From: Epiperipatus broadwayi
Lineage: Eukaryota > Animalia > Onychophora
Assembly: GCA_028023455.1 (NCBI GenBank)
Contig: JAQFVV010000006.1
Coordinates: forward strand, 16,802,001-16,866,000
DNA length: 64,000 bases
Direction: 5' to 3'
A program made the position numbers and the translations under genes. Of this stretch, positions 1 through 13,455 are shown in pieces. The notes under the pieces were generated by a model that made no database searches, had not been told where the DNA came from, and saw only the letters and a list, made by a program, of their open reading frames with translations. The stretch's first letter is position 1; the number at the start of each line of letters is the position of its first letter.

Positions 1-1501
1 CTGACAAAAGAAGAGGGCAGTCTGTTCTTGCTGCTGATTGGTTAAGAAAACCGCTTTTCAATAAATTTTACCACTACAATTTCTTTTGTTTCATTTCGAA
101 AGTGATAAATGAATGTTTCAGACCATTTTAAAAGTATTTTTTGACATATTATAAATTATTTTGATAAAGTATGCTAAAAATAAAATTATTTTAGAAAAAT
201 AGTTAAGATTTTAGTAAAAATTATTTACTTTTCCATAACATAAAATTGGGAAAGAAATCACTGATGTCAACAACACTTTTTAGTTGGTGAGTAATGTTCA
301 TTTTAGATTTGCAGCTATCGAATATTTTTATAATTATAAATAAAAATTTATTTTTGAAAAAACTTTCGTTCACTTTCATAACCTGACAAATTATTAATAT
401 ACTTTTTTCAAACAAAACTAAAGTGAATATAATAATAAAAGATGAATATATTTTTACGGCTGAGATTTGTGAATTGACCAATTAAAACTTTAGAGTTTTA
501 TCTCATTCGGCCAATAAAATTAATTACTACTGTAAGAATTAATGGCCCTTTGCTATCTTCTCCTTGAAAGTTTTTTTTATACCAGTGCAATATTGAATAA
601 TAATGAATATATAATAAAAATAGTTATAGTAATGTAATAAATGAATGAATCTCTCGGTTCTTTTATATGCTTATTATTCATTGTTTTCTATTTATCATTC
701 TTTGATTTGGTTTAATGAAATTTTATATTTCCTTAATTAAATTTATATTCTGTTTTAATATAACTTCTTTCTTAGATTAATCTAATGTTTGATAAGATAA
801 TGTCCTTAGTCTTTTCCTTTGGTTTTTTAATTAATGCAATGGGAATTATTATTTCTTTTCTTTATCAACTAAGTAATCTTTTAAGTGAATTTAAATTTAA
901 AAGTTTTCTTATTTACAAATTATATATTTTAGTTCTGTTTCATTTTTAATTTTTTTTTCTATTTAAATTTATAAAAAGGTAGAACTAATTTTAACTTTTT
1001 TGCTTAGAGTTAATTACCCCTCCTTCTTACTCGCTCTTTAAATATTAAATTCTCTTAATTTTTTTTAAATGACAAGATGATGCAACACTTTACTTTTGCA
1101 AGTTTGCATTTAAAAAAAAAATCTTTAAACATTTGGTAGTCATGTGTCATAGCTGATTGGTTGAAATTTTATTTTCTTTTTTAAATTATGTAAACACTAT
1201 AAGCATGACATCAACAGAAATATGGGCATTTGATCCATTGTAAAAATATCTTTTAAATGCCATCTTTTCGATTGCAATCGGAAGATATTTGAATTTTTTA
1301 TGAATTTTTTTTAAACAGGCGAATTTAATTTTTTTATATTTTGGTCAATTTTTTAGTTTACATGAAGGGATAAAGGCAGAAAATTGTAAACAGCCTTATT
1401 ATATAGTGAAACTGGGTTAAAAATATACATGTCATTTGCATTCAAGGCCTATAATGGGATATGAATGTAATCGCAGAATATATATTACAAGTAGATTTTT
1501 T

Positions 1502-2767
1502 GGTAGTTATTTGATAGCAAGGCACAACAGTTTGATGGCATTGTTTTTGTGAAAAAAAAAACAATAAAATGTAATGTTACCAGGCTAAGACTTTTATTTT
1601 ATTAATAAAACCAAACAAAAATAAAAACAAGTCATTTTTTTTTGTTATTTTGTAATTTCTTTTTTTAATAAAATCTTGTTCTCCTTTTTTTTTTCGTTTT
1701 TCAAAACAAAAAATAAAAACAATCACACCTTTTTTTATTTCCAAGAACTTTATTTTTATACTATGTCTTTAATTTTTTTTATTTTTTTAAAAAAAAAAAT
1801 TTTTTTTTAATGTTTAGTATTTGTATCAACTTTTTTTAAAAATAAAATCTTGTTCTACTTTTTTTTTACTGGTTTTTCAAAACAAAATTTAAAAACAATC
1901 ACTCCTTTTTTAAAAAATGAAATCTTGTTATTTTTTTTGGGTATTTTGGTTATTTTTGTTTATTCTTCTTCTAAACCAAAAATAACTTTTGTTGTGTTTT
2001 GATTTATTAATTTCTGGAAAACATTTTCTTCTTCTTCTTTTTTTTTTACATAATGACAGATGGACCGCTTTCAAAAACATTATTATTGAGCCTTGCAACC
2101 AAGTTTTGTTTCGAATTGAACACCTTCGAGTACACATTACTGATATCGGAATTGGCATGTACTTTTCTACATGTACAGTTTCATGTTTTCGCCGCAGTCG
2201 CATTGCTTGTCACTTGAGAGGATATTATTACTCTGTACAAACAGCCACAGCATCAGCATCTGTGGTTGGCCACTGGAACAATTTAAAAAGCTGTTTGTTT
2301 TCTTCAGCCATTTTATTTCTCTCATACATTTACACGTGAAAATGTGACTTGCTGCGTTAATCTGCCAAATCATGTTCGGACCTACCTTTCGCCAATCTTT
2401 TCCACATTTCAAGTTGTGTAGGGATGGGTGGTGACAGTGTGACACTTTGTAGTAATTTAGACTGCATGATTTAAATAGAAATTAAAATACTATGTATCCA
2501 ACATTTAAAAAAATATGCCCACTTTAAATACAAACACCGTAACATGATACAATAGCCAACTGTGAATTGTGAGAATTCGCATAAAATATTGTGAAGCTCA
2601 AAACAGGTCATAATATTATCGTGCAATGCCATCAAGCAGCCTAAAATGGCTAATACAACAAAAGTGTTGTATTAGCCGTAAGTACGGCCACGTAAATGGC
2701 ATTTTTATGTGTTTTCACACATAAACAATGCCATCAAGCAGCTGTGCCTGGCTATCAAAAAACTATT
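1502..2767 (-). mobile_element. Non-autonomous Merlin (IS1016/ISXO2-like) DNA transposon, internally deleted
   Basis: About 45-bp imperfect TIRs (GGTAGTTATTTGATAGCAAGGCACAACAGTTTGATGGCATTGTTT vs the reverse complement of 2722-2767). 8-bp TSD GATTTTTT (1494-1501) / GATTTTTA (2768-2775). Frameshifted minus-strand peptide at ~2050-2460 (WLFVQSNNILSSDKQCDCGENMKLY...CSIRNKTWLQGS) resembles, from memory, the N-terminal Zn-ribbon region of Merlin transposases. Degenerate subterminal repeats at 1660-1930. Confidence 0.75.
2648..2677. repeat. Perfect 13-bp hairpin in the right subterminal region of the Merlin element
   Basis: GGCTAATACAACA-AAAG-TGTTGTATTAGCC; lies between two copies of CAATGCCATCAAGCAGC (~2624 and ~2725). 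Confidence 0.85.
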
Positions 2768-5700
2768 GATTTTTAAAATTTTTAAAATAATGTTTTAAAT
2801 TTATTAATATAGTTTATTTGTATAATTTATTAATTTGCGTTTATATTGGTGTGTGTGTATGTAATATATAAATCATAATAACAATATTAAAATCATTTAT
2901 GCTCTTTATTATATGGTATATAAATTATTATTCATATTTATGTACAATAATTTTGTGTCTTGATATTAATTTATCATGTTTATATGGTGTGTTTGTGTTT
3001 ATTATTGTGTGTTGTATAACAAGTAATGATTTACATATATAGAGCAGTGCAATGTAAATTTTAAAATCTGATAATCAAATGTTGAGAAAGGTTGTATAAC
3101 AATTAATGATTTACATATATAAAGCAGTGTAATGTAATTTTTAAAAACAACCAAATGTACATAAAGGTTGCAGTTGATAAAGCATTCACAAAATTTACTG
3201 GGCATGATACCATGTGAAAATATAAACACTTAAAACCAATAAAATAGAGATTTCAAATGATGTTTATATAGTAGTAGCCATATGGTTGTGCATATACAAC
3301 ATGGAATTGTATGCAGGCAACGAATCATTCTGATTCTTGCATATGCCTTGATATTTATGCTGTGGAGTCGGTAGTTTTGCCACATCTTGCATCACACTAT
3401 TTTCAAGTCTATAGCTAGTAAATGAGCTATATGCAAATAAATTATATCTTTGTGGGACAATAAATATAACAAGATACCATCACTTTTGTGCATAAAGAAT
3501 ATAAACATCACTGATGTACAAAAAAAATTAAAATAAAATGAAGAGATGAAACTCATTTGATCAGTGATACAGACAGTAGCCTACAATTTCTAGTTTTAGA
3601 TAGACAAGAAGCCAATTGCTACGATGACAAATGCATATCCTTCTTCTGGAAATGATTTGTTTTGTATCTTTTATTAGGATGAATCTTTTTCTTATAGATG
3701 CCTTTGTGATTTGGTAACTTTTGGGGTACAAGATAAAAATGAAGAATTCTTATGCGAATACTTTTGGAGATTCTGAAGCTATGGATTACCTCAGGTAATA
3801 AGTATTATATATGGTTTGAAAGATAATTTTGTGAGGAATGCAAAGAAATTATCTCTGAAGATGTAATTTAAACTTAGTTAATCATAAATTAGAAATTATG
3901 AACAAACAATAAAGTAATAATTATATCGGATGTTGAAATTTCTTTTTTCCTTATTTTTTAAATGATTAGCACTATTTGTGTTAGACTTATTGTTTTCTTT
4001 TTTTTTTTTTAGTTTCTATTAATGTACATTTTTTTGCTCTAACATTATTAAAACTTAAGTTATTGTGAAAATTGTGTCTCAGGTCAGTTTTTAAAAAAAT
4101 TCAATATGGCACATGAAAGCTGAACTAATTAAAACATATAATTTATATTTCGCTTAATTATTTTTTAAAAATTAATTTGATATTTATTAATTAATGATTT
4201 CATGTGTAATCGCAGAATATATCTGTTTTTAACCATATATTCATTGGTGGTAATATATATATATATTGTTTATTGTATAATTAATGCTCATGTCATAGAG
4301 AAAATTATTTTGGAAGCACATTGTCTTCTCTTGTTGATTGCACAAAAAATATAATGCCATAAATGCATGCTGTAAATGATCTAAAATATAATATATGATA
4401 TAATGATGAACATCATGTTTTTGAGAATTACTGGACACGATTGTAGATAACTCCAGCAAAATATTATAAAGGTATATAAAATCCATGATGTGTATGTTTC
4501 AGTATAATTTCTAATGTATCGCAATCTCTGCTGAATTTGATTTGTAGAATACTAGTTGAATCAATATTTTTTGTGATCAACTGGAGTGAAATTTTTCAGC
4601 TAGGTTTTTTTTAAAAAAATCTAACAAAACTTGAAAGTCATTTCTGCCTTGTGATCAGTGTACTTTAGTATTGTGGTAACCATATATGGGCAATTCAGTT
4701 ATTATGGCATCAGATTTAGGAAAATATGTATATATGCATGCATTTAATACTTCAAGCTTAATACTGTAATAGTGGTTGGTCTATTAAGTAACTGAAATAT
4801 TCTTAATCCAAAGCACAAGATAAAACTTTTTTAAAAAAGATCAATTGTCTTTACAATTGAGGTTGCATCTTTCATTTATCTTTTGAACCACTGAACAAGC
4901 AATTGGATAGTTTTGTTAGTTATTGGGAACTACACATAGTATTTAAAACAACCTAGTCATTTTCCTCTCCAGCCGAAATTAACAAAAGAACATTTAATAT
5001 CATTTCTCCTTGAACATATTCAACAATGAAATCTTAATCATTATTATTGTTATTTCTTTGGGAATGGAGACAGTAATGATATATAATTATATACTGAGAA
5101 AATATTAATTATAGATAATTAATAATTATTATTCACTAAATATATGTATAAGATACCTTATAGTACTATATTTAAAACATTATTTTTTAGAGAAGAGGGG
5201 GGAATCTGAAATTTTTTTTGAATGCAACTTTATGATTCAATTCAAGGTACTATTAATTTTTTAGTGCTCAGAATACTTTCATGATACTATTGTTCATACT
5301 ATTTTTATAAAATAAAGCGTATATTTTCATCAGTAATTCAAGGCTGTTAACTGTGATAAGCACGGTACCATTATCACCACCATTTATTTCTTTTATCTGG
5401 TCCTCTGGATAACTTGAGGCATGGAAAGTGTGGAGTCTCACATTATTGATCTGCAATCAGCAAGGATTACTTAACATATGAAACTATGAAGCATATGATA
5501 AATCGCATGGAATGCAATGAAGAAATGATGTGTATTTAACTATGTGAGATAACATAACTTTCAACAACACTATCATGAGTCTTCACTTAGGCCAAAATAA
5601 GTTACAGAGCAAAAAGTAGTGTGTGTCTGTGGAAATTGGAAAAAAAACAAAACAAAGATTATGCATGTGGAAAACGTGTTAGACCATGCTTTGTTAGTGA

Positions 5701-6399
5701 TTGACGTGAGAATGTGTCGTGTGGGAAAAGCTGATTAAATATATGAGTAAAAGGAAACTAATGACAATATTGCAGTGATCTCCATTGTATATATATATGC
5801 ATATTAAATGACTGATAACCCATTTTCATGGTTTGAGGATTTTTTTTATTTTAAATATATGCGTTGTGTAATTATTCTGTATGATCTGTCAACGCAAACC
5901 ATGTTAAAATAAATGACAATTATGCTTAGAAAATGAAAAACGTTTTTTTGAAAAATATATTTTATAGAGTCTATATATAATCGTTAGATCTCATCAACAT
6001 TGAGAAAGTGAATTTAATAAAATAGTTAAGAAATGTGAGTGCTGAATGAATTATGATAGGGTAATGAAACTGAAAGGGAGGGAAGAGAAGAGGGAGGAGG
6101 GGGAGTGTGTATTGAGGTTATTACAAAAAATAAATTTTAAGAGTGAATTAAGTATACACATTGAAATCATGTTGCCTGTAGAGAGAAAGAGCGCGTGAAA
6201 GAGAAAAAAAACGACGAACCCGGTTCGTTTGCTTAACTAAGGCTATTTTTTTAAAAAGAGTTTTCTGGGTATCAAGTTATTGTAGTTGTCGATCAAGATA
6301 ATAAAATGTTTAGCAATATTTTTATTATTAAAATGATAGATAAATATATTGTGCAAAATCTAAGAGCATACAAGCGTGCTGAAATTCAATTAACCTATT

Positions 6400-7900
6400 A
6401 TCATCATCATCATCATCATTGTCAACCATTAACAATCCACTGCAGGATGAAGGTCTCTCCAAGTTCAATCCATCTTCTTTAATCTCTAGCCTCTCTTCTC
6501 CACATCACCCCTGCACACTTCTTTATTTCCGGTCTTTTACAATCTCTTGGTATTCAGTTTAAGATTTCAATTGTCTATCTATTATCATCTCTTCTAGCAA
6601 TATGTCCAGCCCAACTCCACTTCAATCTTTTAATTCTTTCAACAGTGTCAGTAACACCTGTTGTTCTTTTACCCATGTATTGCATTTTTGATCTCTTCTT
6701 GTTACTCCTTTTATGCATCTCTCCATACTTCTTTGAGTGATCTGAAGTCTCCATGTGGTTCTTCTATCAAGAATCAAAGTCTCAGATCTATAAGTAAGAA
6801 CTGGTAAAACACATTTATTAAAAATCTCTCTTTTCAAACACAAGCACATTTCCTTTTAATATTATTTTTACCAAAAGTATTCCAACTAAGTTTAATTTCA
6901 TCCATTATGTTTCTATCTGTAGTAATAGTCTGACTAAAGTATTTGTAGTCGTTGAGTTGATCTTAATCAATCTCTATTTTCATCTTTTGAGAAAATCCAT
7001 TAAACATTATTTTAATATTTTTAACATTTATCTTTAGTTCCACTTTTTTACTTTCATCTGATAACTCTTGCAACATTTCCTGAAGCTCTGAAGTATTATT
7101 TGCAAAAACAACATCATCTGTAAAATCTAAATGTAATCTCCATTTACTTTTATTCTTTTCATTTCTCATTTTAATCAACAAACTGCTGTAAAAAGTTTTG
7201 GAGATATGGAGTCACTCTGTCTTACATCCTTCTTAATGTTAACCTTCCCAGTAACATTATTTAATCTGATTGTTGCTGATGCATTTTTTTTTATATTCTT
7301 CAAAATATGACAGTATACAACGATCATCCAATGCTTTAATCACTGAAGAAATGCTTATAGAATCAAATGCCTTTTCATAATCTACAAATCCAAAGCATAA
7401 TGGCAACTCATATGCATTGGATTTGGATATGATCTGTACTAATACCACTTTTAAATTCAGCTTATTCTTTTGGTTGGTTGAAATCACCTGCTTCTTTTAA
7501 TTTATCGATTATAATTCCATCACTACCTGGAGCTGTTCCCTCCTCCATAAATTAATTGCTCATCTCACTTTTTCATTTAAAATCCTGGGTAATTCTGAAG
7601 GTATAATAGATGTAGGAAGTACTTGTTCCATATTATTATATAATTCTTGATAGAACTCTTCTACCCATTTCACGATGACATCTCTCATTTTAGTAATAGT
7701 TCAATCTTTCTTTCTTATTGCAGATATGTTTCCTACCAATAACAAAATGTTGTTTTACACTGAGACTTTTATTGTCTTCTACAGCTTTCTTCGCTAGTTC
7801 CCTATTATACTTACTTATATCATTATCAATCCTTTTTCGCACCATTTTACAAAATTCGAGATATTCAATTCTTATTAATTCGTCATTTTTATAAGTTCAT
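6400..7900 (-). mobile_element. RTE-clade LINE, 5'-truncated and degraded
   Basis: Minus-strand RT fragments (LCFGFVDYEKAFDSI; LDFTDDVVFANNTSELQEMLQEL; FNKCVLPVLTY..ETL) and a (GAT)n tail at 6400-6420. Confidence 0.85.
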
Positions 7901-8244
7901 ATTCCTACTATATAAGAAGGAATTTCTAGTATAGCAGTTAACGCACAAGGCCACGGCCGGTATCTAAATATTAGCTTGGTTAACCGAAGTCGCTCATAAT
8001 CAACCGCAACTGCCAGTATTCATCAGTAAATGGGTATCTAGATTTTAGCATGAAGATAAAAGTCCTAAATTATTCCATGTTTCTCTGTTGAGATCTAAGC
8101 GCTGATTAATAACAAACTTCGATTGTAAAATGATTATTGAGTGAGGTGATTATATTCGGCGGTCGTTGAGCCCATGGTTTCCCTTAATCTTTGATTATAT
8201 ATAATTGCCAGCATTTTGTTATTATTTAGCAAAAATTATGATTT

Positions 8245-8349
8245 GTCTTGCATTGGTGGTCGAGAGGTCAGCGCGACTGCCTTGCACTTGCAGGCAGTTG
8301 CCCGGGTTGCGGGTTCGCGTCCCGGCCAATGCTATGACACTTAAAAAAA
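8245..8349 (+). mobile_element. Very short tRNA-derived SINE, young copy
   Basis: A-box TGGTCGAGAGG, B-box GGTTCGCGTCC, 7-bp acceptor-like stem GCATTGG/CCAATGC, poly(A). 14-bp TSD AAAAATTATGATTT at 8231-8244 and 8350-8363. Near-identical copy at 52734. Confidence 0.9.
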
Positions 8350-9111
8350 AAAAATTATGATTTATTTCTAAACAAGTAGTCTCAAAAGAAACAGCTTTTC
8401 CAAAAGAAAACAAAGTAAATTTCAGTACTTTAATTAAAATGCTTATCTGTTGTAATGAATAAATAAACTATACCTTTAAGTGATGTTAAAAATCTTTTCC
8501 CCTCTTTAACTAAACCGGTTTTTGATTTTCAATTATTTAAAGTATTTCGTGGAAAAGTATTTAAAAACGGAAATACATGTTACATTCAGAATTAAGTATA
8601 GAATTTTTATCATTTTTATAAGATAAAAACTGTTTAAAATGAAATTTAATTCTGAATGAAACACGTAATCTAGTAAACATTGCAAAATTTTCCGTGCACA
8701 CACGCGATCAGGCGATTAGATTTGTGATTTGATTCATTGTGTATAAGTTTTGTTCTTGTTTATTAAATATTTATATTTTATCGTTTCTTGTTACTTTATT
8801 AAATTATTATTAAACATTCTCTTGTAAATATCACTAAATAATTTTCTAAATATATATATATTTAAGCAGTTTATTGTCGCATTTTTTTTCTATCTATACG
8901 ATCATCTGAGATTAAACTAAGACTTTAACACTGAAAAGAGTTAGACACCCGTTTACTGACTAATACCGTATAGCTAACTGAATTAGAGGCTTCGGCTTAT
9001 CTGGGGGGCTTGTTGTGGGCGTAGCACGAGATGCACTCATTACCATGGAACCCCTTTATAAGAGTTAAAATGTCATCATTGCAAACACTTGTTTTAAATG
9101 TTCGGCAAGAA

Positions 9112-9642
9112 GGTAGCATTATAAAAATGTTAAAAATTACAAAGAAAACATTCTTTTGACACACTTTCTTTTCAAATTTGTTTTTTATTTTATTTTGTGA
9201 ACCATTTTTTCTGATCAGTTTTTTTCCAATGCTTCGATCAGGTCATTTTCAAGGACTGCTTATTTCTAAAATCTAGATTTGTAAAGACTTAATAATAATC
9301 GACATTTAAGGAATAAACAGTCCTTGAAAATAATCATATAATATTGTTGAAATGTTGGAAGAAAACTGAAGTATTTTGACTATATTATATGGTCATTTTT
9401 CAAGGAATGTTTATTCCTAAAATCTAGATTTGTAAGATTAAAAAAAAAAAAAAACATCAATCTAGATTTTAGGAATAAACAGTTCTTGAAAATGATCCTA
9501 ATAATGTGGTCCAAACATTGGAAGAAAACAAATATGAAAAAATGCTTCATAAAATAATAATAAAAAAAAACAACAAGATTTTAAAAGAAAAAGTATGTTA
9601 AAGAATTTATTGTCTTTGTAATTTTTAAAATATTAATGTACC
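9112..9642. mobile_element. Fold-back MITE-like element with GG...CC ends and two internal hairpin units
   Basis: Long imperfect inverted arms (GGTAGCATTA...TTAAAAATTACAAAGA vs the reverse complement of 9541-9642). The interior is two consecutive A/A' inverted units built on TTCAAGGA..TTATT.CTAAAATCTAGATT. No TSD found. Confidence 0.65.
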
Positions 9643-9976
9643 ATATTTATAAAGAACTCAGTGAAATGATTATTAATGCTTTTCTTAAATAGTATTATAA
9701 AATTGGTATAATTTTAAAGGGAGAAATGAATGTTTCTTGAGAATAATTAATTGCTCACGTCATTTTTTTAATAGTAATTTTGATCTTTTTTACAAATGAA
9801 GATATAAAAGTGATGGAATATTAGATTTTCATCTTAGTTTTTATTTGTTTTGAAACAAAAATTTAGTTTAAAATCACAAACTTAATTTTTTGTAGTACAC
9901 AATTAAGAATCAATATATATTGCAAGCAGTCACATTGTATCATCACATGACCACCATTTCCTATGCTTACAAAGAC

Positions 9977-10340
9977 AGTAATGTGATGTGATGTACTGTG
10001 GCTTCTCCTTAAACGGGATCAGGAATCTCTCGGCAATTAAAACCAGAGGAACCTGTTAGCCACTTTATTTTCCATTCCCCATTCTATGTTTTCCCATATT
10101 CTGCTCCAACCCATTTCCACAACATAATCTTTGTCAACTCTATGGCCTTTATATCTAAATCCCCCTTATCTTTTCCCAAACCCAGCATAAAAACCAATAA
10201 TCCACTTTCTGTATAATCACTTTTCTCATATTCTTCCATAACTTCATTATTTGTACCCTTTCTGTTTTCAAGCATTTACATTTAATTAACAAATCTCAAT
10301 ATTTTCTATTCTTTCCTTACACAATTTACAGACTAACTTA
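9977..10340 (-). mobile_element. 3' end of a LINE with C-terminal CCHC region and (CATCA)n tail (family 'LINE-B', clade uncertain)
   Basis: Inverted, diverged homologue of 11865-12243 (FMLGLGKDKGDLDIKA.ELTKIMLWKW in both). Confidence 0.8.
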
Positions 10341-10344
10341 CAGA

Positions 10345-10655
10345 AATGCCATCTAGTGCAAGCCATAGTAAGCACTAAACACTAGAACATTTGTGCATAA
10401 AATCCCTATCTAATGCAAACCAAAGACCAAAACATTTAGTTACTGAACTAAGTTCAGATCTGTATGACTCTAAAAGTGAATTAGCTTGGATTGAAATTAT
10501 TGTTCTCATTTTGGGCTCATGCTTCTCACTGATAAAAACCACAAGCTAGAAACTGGTTTGGGGATATTGATTAAGTAGGCATCAGATAGGTGTTTTAGGC
10601 AGAAACTTTCTAGCATCAATTGATTACTATGGCTTGCATTGGGTGATGTTACTGT
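10345..10655 (+). mobile_element. Old, degraded family-A HHR repeat with a short inverted segment
   Basis: 10345-10415 is an inverted piece of the family-A monomer; 10420-10655 is in sense. The HHR core is mutated (CTGATAA...GAAACTGGTT). Confidence 0.7.
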
Positions 10656-10659
10656 ATTT

Positions 10660-12243
10660 ACAGTTTGCTAGAAGGCACATTTGGGAATGAATGGAGCTTT
10701 AGTGGATCTTATTAAGAGATTGTATGATAATAATTACTATATGTATGAATTAGGAAATATAGAATCAGTTATAGTTACAAATCGGGTGGGACTAATGCGA
10801 GGATGCCCTAGATCACCTGTTTTCTTTTTGTTATATTTGAAAGAAATGGAGAGAGCAATAGAAAGTCTTAGGAAGAGGGATAGAGATATCATTAATAGGT
10901 CGCAATGGAGAATATATATTATCAGGTCTTATTTGCGGATGATATCTTCTTGTGCACAGAAATAGAAAAGATATGGATATTGTGATGAAGACATGCACAA
11001 GTGTGGGCAAAGAGATGCAGTTTAAATTTAGTGAAGAAAAATAAAAAATAATAGTAATAAATAATAAGGAAAGAGAGGAGAAAGAATTTTTATTGGGGGA
11101 TGTAAAGTTAAGTGTGGTGAATAAGTAATCATCTTAAGTAATCAGAGAAATTGCTTGACTGAATGGAAGAAAAAATTAATAAATGAAGCAAAGAAAAGAA
11201 AGGGATTGATAAGGAAATTTAAGTGTTTTCATATAACAAATAAGATGTAGTTAGAATTGTATGGAAGGGAGTGGCTGTAGCAGGGTTAATTTATGGTAGT
11301 GATGGGTTATGTGTTAGTAGAAAAAGTACAAAGAAAAGTAGGAAGACATACATTAGATGCAGATGTCTGGGTGCTAAAGGAGGCAACTCAAAGAAAAATG
11401 GGATGGTCAAGTTTTTATATGAGAGATGCAAAAAGCAAAATGAAAATATTCAGTAGATTGCAATTTATGGATCGTAAAGCCAAAATAGTATTTAATTGGG
11501 TTATGAATAAAACTGGCAGCAAGATGGGTGAGAAAGGTAATATGGTATGGAAAAGATTTGGATAAAGACTTTATGTCAGTATACTTTTAGAAAAGGTGGC
11601 ATAATTGTATTAGAAAAATTGTTGAGTGCTATAGTGGCAAGGAATGGGATAGAAGAATAGATGCATTAATAAAAAACATGGAGTTGGAGAGTTGAAGAAA
11701 TAGTATGAAGAATAAAAAGAGTTTAAATATATATAGAAGCAAACAGAATATTGGGTGCAAGTTAATTTATGATAATAGCAAGGAAAGTAATTAACTGTTA
11801 AAAGTTGAAGCAGGATCTTTAGCAACAAGGGAATATATGCATAAATGGAAAAATATGGGTGATTTAGTCTGCAAGTTATATAATGAAGATATAAAAAATA
11901 TTAGGTTTCTGTTAATCGAATATAAATGCTTACAAGCAAAAAGGGTACAAATAATGTTGTGGGAGAATAAATATAAACAAAGTGTCTATACCAAAAGTGG
12001 ATTCTCAGTTTTTATGCTGGGTTTGGGAAAAGATAAGGGGGATTTAGATATAAAGGCTGTAGAGTTGACAAAGATTATGTTATGGAAATGGGATGAAGCA
12101 GAATAGAGAAGAGTATGGGAAAACTTAGGATGGGAATGGAAAGGGAAGGTAAAATGACTGATAGATTTCTTTGAGCATAGTGGTGGACAGATTCCTGATT
12201 CCAAAAAAGAAGCCACAATGCATCACATCATAATAACATACTG
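10660..12243 (+). mobile_element. LINE-B RT-to-3'-end fragment (RTE-X/Ingi-like, clade uncertain)
   Basis: RT motifs VGLMRGCPRSPVFFLLY and (L)FADD (ttatttgcggatgat, ~10930), IVWKGVAVAGLIYG, a CCHC remnant (VCKLYNEDIKNIRFLLIEY) and a (CATCA)n tail. Confidence 0.8.
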
Positions 12244-12249
12244 TTATAT

Positions 12250-13455
12250 TCAAGTGGTCCACAGAATATTTAAATTATAAATTACAGACCTATCAGTCTT
12301 TTACAAAATTTTTACCAAGATAATTACAACTCTTCTACAGAGAACATTGGATTTCAACCAATCAAAAGAATAAGCTGGATTTAAAAGTGGTTTTAGTACA
12401 GCGTATCTTATCCAAGTATTGAGCAAAGTTATATAGAAAGGACTAATGATTATGAGTTGCCATTATGCTTTGGATTTGTAGCTCATGAAAAGGCATTTGA
12501 GTCTATAAGTATTTCTTCTAATGATTAAAGCATTGGATCATCAAGGTATAGACCCAGGATATTGTCATATTTTGAAGAATATTTATAAAAAATGCAACAG
12601 CAACAATTACATTACATAATGATAGTAGCAAGATTAACACTGAGAAGAGTGTGCGACAGGGTGACTCCATATCTCCAAAACTTTTTTACAGCAGTGCTGT
12701 AAGAAGTATTTTGTGGATTAAAATGAGAAGTTAAAGGAATAAAAGTAAATAGACATTATTTAAGTCATTTAGATTTTGCAGATGATGCAGTTATTTTTGC
12801 AAATAATGTTTCAGAGCTTCAGGAAATGTTGCAAGAGTTATCAGATAAAAGTAAAGAAGTAGAACCAAAGATAAATATTAAAAAGATTGATTATGATGAG
12901 TTGGAAGAAATTAACAATTACAAATACCTTGGTCAGATTATTACTACAGATAGAAAACTTAATGGTTAAAATTAATCATATAATTATAACTTGATTGGAG
13001 TTATTTTGGTAGAAATATGCCTATGTATTTGAAAAGGAAAGTTTTTAATAAATGTGTTTGACCAATTCTTACTTATGAATCTGAGACTTGGTCACTTAAT
13101 AGAAGAGTCATACAGACACTTCAGACTATTCAAAGAAGCATGGAGATATGCATGTTAAGAGTAACAAAAAGAGACCAAATGGAATACTTGGTTTAAGAAA
13201 ACAAACAGGTGTTACTAACATCATTGATATATTAAAAGACTGAAATGGAGTTGGACTGGACATATTATTAGAAGAGATGATAATAGATGGACAATTGAAA
13301 TTTTAAACTGGATTCCAAGAGATTGTAAAAGACCCAGAAAGAGACCACTTGTGAGATGAATGGACGAAATAAGAAAGTGTGCAGGAATGATGTAGAGAAG
13401 AGAGGCTAAAGATTAGAGAAGATGGATTGAACTTGGAGAGGATGATGATGATGAT
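12250..13455 (+). mobile_element. RTE-clade LINE, 5'-truncated
   Basis: NYRPISL, AGFKSGFST, GVRQGDSISPKLF and DFADD motifs with frameshifts; (GAT)n tail at ~13440-13455; inverted homologue of 6400-7900. Confidence 0.85.

Noticed and set aside
3698-3794. Exon-like segment MKNSYANTFGDSEAMDYL with donor CAG|gtaata
   Set aside because: Could not be linked unambiguously to downstream exons; several phase-compatible options arise by chance.
8245-8335. Functional tRNA gene
   Set aside because: Non-canonical anticodon arm, poly(A) tail, TSDs and dispersed copies indicate a SINE.
9035-9111. Candidate first exon MHSLPWNPFIRVKMSSLQTLVLNVRQE with donor G|gtagca
   Set aside because: The GT donor coincides with the terminus of the 9112-9642 fold-back element, and there is no independent support.
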